The translations under genes were made by a program, and so were the position numbers. The notes below the pieces were generated by a model. That model ran no database searches. It was not told the DNA's origin and saw only the letters and a list, made by a program, of their open reading frames with translations. Below, piece by piece: positions 7,181-14,491 of a DNA stretch of 19,746 nucleotides; position 1 is the first letter of the stretch; each line of letters opens with the position of its first letter. Origin of the DNA: Candidatus Zixiibacteriota bacterium (GTDB taxonomy: Bacteria; Zixibacteria; MSB-5A5; CAIYYT01); NCBI GenBank assembly GCA_040235515.1, contig JBECKX010000196.1:1-19746 (forward strand). The letters run 5' to 3'.

Positions 7181-8896
7181 ATGAAATACCTGTTATTGAC
7201 GGCAATGGCGCTGACTATTGCCCTGGGGGGATTGATCGGTTGCGGGAGTGGCTCTGATGATGTCGTTGCCGTCGTAGACGATGACGAAATCTCGATAGCG
7301 TTGCTCGACAACTATTTCCAGAAAATCGGCTATCAATTCGAGTCTCCGGAAGAGGAGTTCAAGCTGAAGCGTGAGGCGCTGGACAGTTTGATCGATTACA
7401 AGCTGCTGGTCAAGGGCGGCTATGCCGCAGGGCTGGCTGCCGATCAACAGCTCGAGCGTCTGATGATCGCGGAGCGGCCGAAGTTTCTCTTCAATGCACT
7501 CTATGCGCAGGAAGTCGGCAACAAGATTGAGGTAACCGACAAGGATGTTGAAGAGTTCTACAACAAGTTAGGCACGGAGCGCGAGGTTTCACACATCCTG
7601 GTTCCCACCAAGGAGAAGGCTGACAGCGTCTATTCGGCTCTGCTGGGTGGCGCCAGCTTTGATGAGATGGCGCGGCGGGTCTCCGTCGATTATACGACTT
7701 CCGTAAATGGTGGCTATGTAGGCTTCATTACCTGGGCGACGAACGTGCTTCCGGAGTTTCGCGATGCGGCGTTTTCGCTGCCGGTCGGTGAGTTGTCGAA
7801 GCCGTTTGAGTCGGACAACGGCTGGCATCTGCTCAAAGTGACCAACGAGCGCAAGCGGGACCTGCAATCGAAGAAGGATATGTTCCCGTTTATCCGTCAG
7901 ACCCTGAGGACCCGCAGAGCCACGATGGCGGAGCGTCAGTTTATCGCCAAGCTTAAAGAGAAGGCCGATGTGCAGATTAATCCGGAAGCCACCGCGATGT
8001 TGCTGGAGAAGCTGGATGTTTTCTATCCGGACAGCCTGAGTGGCGTGCCGCGCCCGGACAACTATTTCCCGCAGCTGGAGTTGCTGGAACCGTACGAACA
8101 GCAGATGGTCTTCGCCAGCTATGCCGGTGGCGAGCTTTCGGTGGAAGAATATATCAGCAAGATCGAGGAGGTACCGGACGCCTACCGTCCCCACTTCAAC
8201 AACACAGAGGGTTTGAAGGAGTTGATCTTCCAGATCGAGTTGAACAACATCGTGGAGTTCGAGGCTGACAACCAGAAGCTGGAGTCGTCTGATGATTATC
8301 AGCAGAGTCTCGAGAACTTCCGCGATGGACTTGTCGCTGAGAAATTCCGACGTGACATTCTCGGATCGAACGTCGATGTCACCGAGGACGAGATTATCGA
8401 GTATTACAATTCGAACCTGGAGGAATTCACGGTTCCGGCGCAGTATCACCTGCTCGAGATCGAGCAGACTTCGATGGCGGACGCACAGAAGGTGATCGAC
8501 GAACTCAACCAGGGTGCGGACTTCAGCAAGCTGGCTTCCAGCAAGTCGACTCGCACCGGTATGCAGTCGGCGAAGGGTGATCTCGGCTTCGTGTCCGAGA
8601 GCAGATTCCCGGAATTGTGCAAGGCGGCGGCCAAGCTTGAGGTTAATCAATGGTCGGAACCGGTCGTGAACTCCGGCGGCCATTATTCGGTGATCAAGCT
8701 GCTTGAGGTGAAACCGAAGAGCGTGCTGTCGCTGGAGCAGGTTCAGAACAGAGTGAGGCAGGAAATCATCGATTTACGGCGTGCCAGCGCCGCGCTCGAC
8801 TGGCTGCGGCAGGCGCGTGAAGATGCTAAGATAGTGATTCACGAGGATGTGATTGAAAACTCAATCAAGACTGAGAGAAAAAGTGAGCAGAGCTAA
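7181..8896 (+). CDS. Lipoprotein foldase, parvulin-type PPIase with two PrsA-like modules
   Basis: GAGGA SD at 7171-7175; MKYLLL...LIG-C lipobox; parvulin 1 (SHILV...FDEMARRVS...GGYVG...GWHLLK) and a degenerate parvulin 2 (FSKLASSKS...KGDLGF...YSVIK). Confidence 0.88.
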   Translation: MKYLLLTAMALTIALGGLIGCGSGSDDVVAVVDDDEISIALLDNYFQKIGYQFESPEEEFKLKREALDSLIDYKLLVKGGYAAGLAADQQLERLMIAERPKFLFNALYAQEVGNKIEVTDKDVEEFYNKLGTEREVSHILVPTKEKADSVYSALLGGASFDEMARRVSVDYTTSVNGGYVGFITWATNVLPEFRDAAFSLPVGELSKPFESDNGWHLLKVTNERKRDLQSKKDMFPFIRQTLRTRRATMAERQFIAKLKEKADVQINPEATAMLLEKLDVFYPDSLSGVPRPDNYFPQLELLEPYEQQMVFASYAGGELSVEEYISKIEEVPDAYRPHFNNTEGLKELIFQIELNNIVEFEADNQKLESSDDYQQSLENFRDGLVAEKFRRDILGSNVDVTEDEIIEYYNSNLEEFTVPAQYHLLEIEQTSMADAQKVIDELNQGADFSKLASSKSTRTGMQSAKGDLGFVSESRFPELCKAAAKLEVNQWSEPVVNSGGHYSVIKLLEVKPKSVLSLEQVQNRVRQEIIDLRRASAALDWLRQAREDAKIVIHEDVIENSIKTERKSEQS

Positions 8897-8936
8897 GTTC
8901 AGGGAGAGTAGCGTGAGCCTAAAGTGGGGCAGCAGG

Positions 8937-10235
8937 ATGCGACAGGCAGCAACGGCATTGTTTACGATAGCGCTGCTTTCATTGCTGCTGGTGCCGGCGG
9001 TGGCCTTCGGTTGGGAGACAATCGACGGGGTCATCGCGGTGGTCGGCAATCGGGTGATACTCTCTTCGGAGCTTGATTTTCAGATCCAGCTCTACGGTGT
9101 GCAGTCTGGTCGTGAGATAACCGACAAGAATGAGATCGAGTCAATGCGGAAGGATATCCTTGATCAGATGATCAATGACCGCCTGATTCTTATCAAGGCG
9201 CTCGAAGACACCACAATCGTGATTAAGGATGAGGATGTAGAGGATGCTCTCAACAAGCGCCTCGACGAATTGCGCGCACAATTCGCCAGTGAAGCCACCT
9301 TTGAACAGCAACTGGCTGCAGAGGGATTTACGCTCCGGGAATTGAAGAACAAGCTGCGCGAAGAGATCCGTGACCAGCTTTACAAGGACCGCCTGATCAA
9401 CAAGCTCCTTTCGCGGGTGAGCGTTACCCGTCCTGAGGTGGAGGATTTCTTCGGGCGATACCAGGACAGCCTTCCGGAAGTACCGAGAACCATTGAGGTG
9501 GCGCATATTCTTCTGACTCCGCAGACTTCCGCTGAAAGCGCCGATTCCGTAAAGGCGCTGGCGAATTCGGTTTTGGAACGGATCAAGAATGGGGAGAGTT
9601 TCGAGGAGCTTGCCACACAGTATTCGCAGGACCCATCGGCTGCACAGGGTGGCGATATCGGCACCTTTTCGCAGGGTGACCTGGTCCCGGAATATGAGCG
9701 TGCTGCCCTGGCATTGAATCCGGGTGAAGTGTCGGGTGTGGTAAAAACCAAGTTCGGATATCATATCATCAAGATGGTGGGGAAAGCTGACAACAACTTC
9801 CACACCAAGCATATCTTGTTTCTTCAAAACGCCACTGCAAGTGACAGTACTCGCGTGATGAATCTTGCCGAGTCTCTGATCGACAGTGTCAAGAATGGTG
9901 CGGATTGGGGTGAAATCGTAAAGAACCACTCCGAGGATTCAGAAACGCGGGCGAATTTCGGTGAGCTGGGGGAACTGGCGTTGCGGGATTTGCCGGCGGC
10001 GTTCAGGGAGCCGATGGAGAATTTGAACGTCGGTGAGATTTCGAAGCCGTTCTGGGCGCCGGATGGATTGCATGTGGTCAAAGTCCTCGACAAGCATGCC
10101 GCCCGCCAGATGAGTATCGAGCGCGACTACGACTTGCTCAAGCGCTACGCCCGGCAGGAGAAGACGTCTGATGTCATCAACTCGGTTGTGAGTGAGATGA
10201 AGGCCAGGGTCTACATCGACCGCCGTGACTCCTGA
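8937..10235 (+). CDS. surA: SurA-like periplasmic chaperone/PPIase
   Basis: Sec signal peptide, IDGVIAVVGNRVILSSEL SurA N-domain, two parvulin domains (AHILL...GGDIG...GYHIIK; KHILF...GLHVVK). An alternative start at GTG 8913 has an AGGGAG SD. Confidence 0.85.
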   Translation: MRQAATALFTIALLSLLLVPAVAFGWETIDGVIAVVGNRVILSSELDFQIQLYGVQSGREITDKNEIESMRKDILDQMINDRLILIKALEDTTIVIKDEDVEDALNKRLDELRAQFASEATFEQQLAAEGFTLRELKNKLREEIRDQLYKDRLINKLLSRVSVTRPEVEDFFGRYQDSLPEVPRTIEVAHILLTPQTSAESADSVKALANSVLERIKNGESFEELATQYSQDPSAAQGGDIGTFSQGDLVPEYERAALALNPGEVSGVVKTKFGYHIIKMVGKADNNFHTKHILFLQNATASDSTRVMNLAESLIDSVKNGADWGEIVKNHSEDSETRANFGELGELALRDLPAAFREPMENLNVGEISKPFWAPDGLHVVKVLDKHAARQMSIERDYDLLKRYARQEKTSDVINSVVSEMKARVYIDRRDS

Positions 10236-10271
10236 TGGCGATGATCTCCTGATGGCTTTGACCTCCTGATG
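10229..10271 (+). repeat. Three CTCCTGATG cores at an exact 17-bp period
   Basis: Cores at 10229-10237, 10246-10254 and 10263-10271; the first contains the surA stop codon. Confidence 0.9.
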
Positions 10272-10325
10272 AATATGACAGAGACAGCAGTTTCGGGGCG
10301 GCGAAAATCGGGTGGGGCAAATTGA
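10235..10325 (+). other. Chain of three stop/start-overlapping mini-ORFs (MAMIS 10235-10252; MALTS 10252-10269; MNMTETAVSGRRKSGGAN 10269-10325)
   Basis: TGATG overlaps at 10233-10237, 10250-10254 and 10267-10271; the last stop overlaps the S4 gene start as TTGA (10322-10325). The frames are certain; translation is unproven. Confidence 0.45.
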
Positions 10326-10588
10326 GACTCGACCAATTCTTGCAGAAAACCGGGATCGTTAAGCGCAGGTCGATTGCCAAGGAGATGTGCGATGCAGGCC
10401 GCGTCATGGTCGCGGGCCGACCCGCCAAGGCCGCTCACGAAGTCAGGAGCGGTGAAGAACTCTCCGTTCATTTTCGTGATCGCCGCAACCGTTACCGTGT
10501 GCTCGACTTGCCTGCGGGAAACATTCGCAAGGAAGAGCGAGAGAAATTCGTTCAGCTTTTGCATGAAGAATTGTTCCATGCAGAGTGA
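10322..10588 (+). CDS. S4-domain RNA-binding protein, RqcP/YabO-like (Hsp15 family)
   Basis: TTG start; MRLDQFL...KRRSIAKEMCDAGRV...AKAAHEVRSGEEL matches the short stand-alone S4 pattern of YabO/RqcP; 88 aa with no long Hsp15 C-terminal tail. Confidence 0.85.
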   Translation: MRLDQFLQKTGIVKRRSIAKEMCDAGRVMVAGRPAKAAHEVRSGEELSVHFRDRRNRYRVLDLPAGNIRKEEREKFVQLLHEELFHAE

Positions 10589-10641
10589 TTGTCCGCCACG
10601 AGCCTGATTTACCGACCTTTACCCCAGTAGGCAGAGTAAAG

Positions 10642-11784
10642 ATGCCAGCAAAAACACACGAGATCAAGCAGGAGATCGAGACAGCCGTAATAGTGGGAGT
10701 GCAACTCCGCGGCGTTTCCGACGAACTGTTTCAGGAGTCGATCGCAGAGCTGCATGAACTGGTCCGATCGGCGGAGGGAGAGGTTGTCGGTATCGTGATT
10801 CAGCGACGCCCGGTCCCCGACAGCAGGTTCTACATCGGTTCCGGCAAGGTGGCCGAAATCAAGGAGATAGTAAGCGAGCGTTCGGCGAAACTGGTGATTT
10901 TCGATGACCAGCTTTCTCCGGCACAGGTGCGCAATCTCGAGAATGAACTGAACGTCAAGGTCATTGACCGCGGCAACCTGATCCTCGATATTTTTGCAAA
11001 GCGTGCCCGGACTACGGCGGCGAAGCTGCAGGTGGAGCTGGCGCAGCTTCAGTACCTGCTGCCACGGCTGACCAGGATGTGGTCTCACATGACGCGGCAT
11101 GTTGGTGGAATTGGCACCAGGGGACCCGGCGAAACCCAGCTTGAGAGCGATCGTCGCGAGATTCAGACCAAGATCAAGAAGCTGAAGGACAAGATCGAGA
11201 AGCTGGACAAGCAGCGTACCACCCAGCGGAAGCGGCGTCAGGAAGTATTCAAGATCGCGCTGGTCGGCTACACCAACGCCGGGAAGTCGACTATCTTCAA
11301 CTACCTCACCAAAGCGGGTGTATGGGCTGACAACCTCCTGTTTTGCACGCTGGATGCGGTGACTCGTTCGCTTCCGATCAGCAATGGCAACGAGATAGTG
11401 ATCTCCGACACGGTTGGATTCATTCAGAAGATCCCGCACGAGTTAATCGCCTCGTTTGCCTCGACACTCGACGAAGTGCGGCAGGCGGATATGTTGTTGC
11501 AAGTCATTGACATAGCACATCCGAACGCGCTTGACCATCACAACGAGACCGAGAGGGTGCTGGAGGAGATTGGTGCCGGGAAAATCCCCAGGGTATTGGT
11601 GCTGAACAAGTGCGACAAGCTGGAGGATCCTGAGATTCACGCACTGAGTCTAAACCACACTTCCACGAGTCGGTTTTTGGTTTCTGCCAGGACCAAGATG
11701 GGCATGGATAATCTGCTGAAGTTCCTCCGAGAATATGTCGAAAAGAAAATAGAGACCAGCTTTGGGATGAAATCCCGCCAGTAG
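10642..11784 (+). CDS. hflX: Ribosome-splitting GTPase HflX
   Basis: IGSGK, ILDIFAKRA, LQVELAQLQY, GPGETQLE, GYTNAGKST, TLD, DTVGF and NKCD. Start is either ATG 10642 or GTG 10585, which overlaps the S4 stop as GTGA. Confidence 0.95.
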   Translation: MPAKTHEIKQEIETAVIVGVQLRGVSDELFQESIAELHELVRSAEGEVVGIVIQRRPVPDSRFYIGSGKVAEIKEIVSERSAKLVIFDDQLSPAQVRNLENELNVKVIDRGNLILDIFAKRARTTAAKLQVELAQLQYLLPRLTRMWSHMTRHVGGIGTRGPGETQLESDRREIQTKIKKLKDKIEKLDKQRTTQRKRRQEVFKIALVGYTNAGKSTIFNYLTKAGVWADNLLFCTLDAVTRSLPISNGNEIVISDTVGFIQKIPHELIASFASTLDEVRQADMLLQVIDIAHPNALDHHNETERVLEEIGAGKIPRVLVLNKCDKLEDPEIHALSLNHTSTSRFLVSARTKMGMDNLLKFLREYVEKKIETSFGMKSRQ

Positions 11785-11827
11785 CTGGGTGATTTAGGTA
11801 AGAGACTTTAGAGAGACATCTAAAACG

Positions 11828-12187
11828 ATGGCAAAGCGCGAGATATTGATTGTAGACGATAATCCGGCCATGGCATTTCTGCTCTCAGATATGCTTGATG
11901 AATTCAAGCTGAAGAGCCGAGTGACCACCGACGGTGAGACTGCGCTGGGTCTTCTGGATCGTGAAGATTTTGCGCTCGTTATCACCGACTTGAAGATGCC
12001 GGGGATGTCGGGCACCGAGTTGCTGTCAGCGATTCGTGGCAAGAAGCCTGATCTCCCGGTGATCGTCATTTCGGGTTACAACGTTGCGACAGCCGACGAG
12101 GAGTTGGTCGACGGGCTCGCGAGCGGATTCATTCAGAAGCCGTTCAAGATGGTCGACATCCAATCGGTGATTGAAAAGCACCTGTAA
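11828..12187 (+). CDS. Single-domain response regulator (CheY-like receiver)
   Basis: ILIVDD, phospho-acceptor DLKMPGM, ISG and QKPF motifs; no output domain. Confidence 0.92.
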   Translation: MAKREILIVDDNPAMAFLLSDMLDEFKLKSRVTTDGETALGLLDREDFALVITDLKMPGMSGTELLSAIRGKKPDLPVIVISGYNVATADEELVDGLASGFIQKPFKMVDIQSVIEKHL

Positions 12188-12281
12188 GCCACACCAAGCG
12201 CCCCCGCTTCCGTTTCATCCTTCGACATTTCCCATCCCGCATCACAGTTCCTAGCAGCGGCTCGCGGACGCCAATTCGCTG

Positions 12282-12310
12282 TTGCGCAGGCCCCGTCGTA
12301 GCGCTATAAT
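12282..12310 (+). promoter_or_regulatory. sigma70-type promoter for the yggS-divIVA-punA-ileS operon
   Basis: TTGCGC (12282-12287), 17-bp spacer, perfect TATAAT (12305-12310). Confidence 0.7.
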
Positions 12311-12320
12311 GGATGGTTAT

Positions 12321-13055
12321 ATGGGACGCGATACGGTTGTACGCGATAGTTATCAGCGGTTTACGGAGCAGTTCCGGTCGGCCGTTGCGGCTGCCGGCCG
12401 CAAAGCTGCTGAAATCGCAGTAGTCGCGGTTTCGAAAACCCGGAGCGTTGAGGAGATCAAGGCGGTCGTCGGGTGTGGCGCGCGGATGATCGGTGAGAAC
12501 CGGATTCAGGAAGCTCGCGAGAAATTCGGCCCTGATGCTGAGCTGAGCGAGCGCGCTTTCGAGCTTCACATGATCGGCCATCTGCAGCGTAACAAGGCAA
12601 AGACCGCCGTTGAGTTGTTTGATCTGATCCACTCCGTTGACTCGATTCGCATTGCCGAGGCGATCGCTGCTGAAGCGGAGCGGCTCGGAAAGCGCCAGCG
12701 AGTCTTGATCGAGGTTAACTCGAGCGGCGAAGAGCAGAAATATGGTTTTCCGCCGGAGCGGGTAGTGGATGCTGCCGCTGAGATTTCGGGACTGAGACAC
12801 CTTGAGTTAGCCGGTCTGATGACTGTCGGGCCGCTGACAGACGACGAGCGGGAGATACGGCGGGCATTCGCCGCTACCTATCGGTTGTTTATGCAGGTCC
12901 GAGACGCGTTGCAGCAGCCGGAGGGTTTTCGCGAGCTGTCGATGGGAATGAGTGGCGATTATGAGATTGCCATCGCCGAGGGTTCGACGATGGTGCGGAT
13001 CGGCACGGCGATATTCGGGCCGCGCTCCCAGGTTACGAAAGATGGCACGCTTTAG
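12321..13055 (+). CDS. yggS: YggS/PLPBP pyridoxal-phosphate homeostasis protein
   Basis: AVSKT (PLP lysine), GENRIQE, HMIGHLQRNK, GLMT, LSMGMSGD and VRIGTAIFG. ATG 12321 chosen because the upstream starts fall inside the promoter. Confidence 0.93.
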   Translation: MGRDTVVRDSYQRFTEQFRSAVAAAGRKAAEIAVVAVSKTRSVEEIKAVVGCGARMIGENRIQEAREKFGPDAELSERAFELHMIGHLQRNKAKTAVELFDLIHSVDSIRIAEAIAAEAERLGKRQRVLIEVNSSGEEQKYGFPPERVVDAAAEISGLRHLELAGLMTVGPLTDDEREIRRAFAATYRLFMQVRDALQQPEGFRELSMGMSGDYEIAIAEGSTMVRIGTAIFGPRSQVTKDGTL

Positions 13056-13103
13056 CGTGTTGGATAAATTGGATGATAGGCAGGACAGGGAGAGGATCAA
13101 GAT

Positions 13104-13646
13104 ATGGCTATAACACCGGTAGAACTGCGTAATTTCGAGTTTCCGAAATCGTTCCGAGGCTACGCGCCGGAAGAGGTTGAGACGCTGATCGAGGAGGCTG
13201 CCGGTGAGATGGAACGACTGCTCAAGGAGAATGCAGAGCTTAAGCAGAAGCTGGCTTCACTGCAGGAGCAGTTGAAGAAGTTCGCGGATTTAGAGGAGTC
13301 GATCAAGAAGACCCTGATCACGGCGGAGAACGCGGCGGCGGAGAAGCAGAAGGCGGCGGACAAGACGATGGGACTACAGATCCGCGAGACCGAGGCCGCT
13401 TGCAACGAGATGAAGCAGAAGGCGCACAAGGAAGTCGAGACGATCAAGTTCGAGCTGGCTTCCCTCAAGATGCAGAAGGTGCGTTTCATGGCGGAGATTC
13501 GTTCGCTGATCGACTCGCATCAGAAGCTGCTTGACGAACGTGGGTCGCAGCTCACCGGTGGAGAGCATCAACCAGCGGCGAGCGGTTGTGAGGGTGGTGG
13601 GGTCGAACATGACCCGGAATTTCACCAGGCCGGATCTGAGAGCTAA
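13104..13646 (+). CDS. divIVA: DivIVA-domain coiled-coil protein
   Basis: GGAGAGGA SD; MAITPVELRNFEFPKSFRGYAPEEV N-terminal DivIVA motif followed by a long coiled coil. Confidence 0.85.
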   Translation: MAITPVELRNFEFPKSFRGYAPEEVETLIEEAAGEMERLLKENAELKQKLASLQEQLKKFADLEESIKKTLITAENAAAEKQKAADKTMGLQIRETEAACNEMKQKAHKEVETIKFELASLKMQKVRFMAEIRSLIDSHQKLLDERGSQLTGGEHQPAASGCEGGGVEHDPEFHQAGSES

Positions 13647-13660
13647 GATTAGAGAAATGG

Positions 13661-14491
13661 GTGACAATGACGTTTTATGACGAGATTCAGGAAGCGGCCG
13701 ACTATGTCCGTTCGCAGTCAGATATCAAACCTGAGGTAGGGATCATTCTCGGTACGGGATTGGGTCGACTGGGTGAAAAGATAAACGTAGAGAAGGAAGT
13801 ATCGTACGAAAGGATCCCCCATTTCCCGGTTTCGACCGTCGAGAGCCACGCCGGCAAATTGCTGCTGGGCAAGCTGAACGGCAAGAGCGTGGTGGCGATG
13901 CAGGGACGCTTTCATTTCTACGAGGGTTATTCGATGCAACAGGTCGGTTTTCCGGTCTGGGTCATGAAGAATCTCGGGATCGGGGCTCTGGTTGTCTGTA
14001 ATGCGTCGGGTGGTTTGAACCCGCATTTCAGTGTCGGTGACATGGTGATTATCACTGACCATATCAATATGCAGGGGACCAACCCGCTGATCGGTCGCAA
14101 TGATGACCGGCTGGGTCCGCGGTTTCCCGACATGTACAACCTGTATGATACGGAATTGATCGAATTGGCCGAACAAACCGCGACCGAACTCGGTTACAGA
14201 ACGCAACGCGGCGTGTATGTCTCGGTGACCGGACCAACACTGGAGACCGGCGCGGAGTACAGAATGTTGCGCCTGCTTGGTGGTGATGTGGTCGGCATGT
14301 CGACCGTCCCGGAGGTGATCGTTGCCCGCCACCAGAATCTCAGGGTGCTGGGGGTGTCGATTGTCACCGACATGGGACTCCCTGACGCGATGCGCCCCGT
14401 AAAGATCGAAGATATTCTCCACGCGGCCAACGGCACGGAGCCGCGAATGACAGAGATGATTGCCAAAGTGATCGAAAGGATGACCGTTTGA
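13661..14491 (+). CDS. punA: Purine-nucleoside phosphorylase (trimeric PNP/XapA class)
   Basis: IILGTGLG, HAG, MQGRFHFYEGY, NASGG, GPTLETGAE and VGMSTVPE. Start is GTG 13661 or ATG 13667. Confidence 0.92.
   Translation: MTMTFYDEIQEAADYVRSQSDIKPEVGIILGTGLGRLGEKINVEKEVSYERIPHFPVSTVESHAGKLLLGKLNGKSVVAMQGRFHFYEGYSMQQVGFPVWVMKNLGIGALVVCNASGGLNPHFSVGDMVIITDHINMQGTNPLIGRNDDRLGPRFPDMYNLYDTELIELAEQTATELGYRTQRGVYVSVTGPTLETGAEYRMLRLLGGDVVGMSTVPEVIVARHQNLRVLGVSIVTDMGLPDAMRPVKIEDILHAANGTEPRMTEMIAKVIERMTV

Noticed and set aside
10226..10275. Mini CRISPR array
   Set aside because: 9-nt repeats and 8-nt spacers are far too short, and there are no cas genes.
10266..10307. Hammerhead ribozyme core (CTGATGA ... 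GAAA)
   Set aside because: No stem II pairing between the two motifs and no matching stem I/III or cleavage triplet.
12188..12283. ncRNA or terminator in the C-rich spacer before yggS
   Set aside because: Only a loose, G-U-rich stem without a U-tract; no tRNA, T-box or riboswitch motif.
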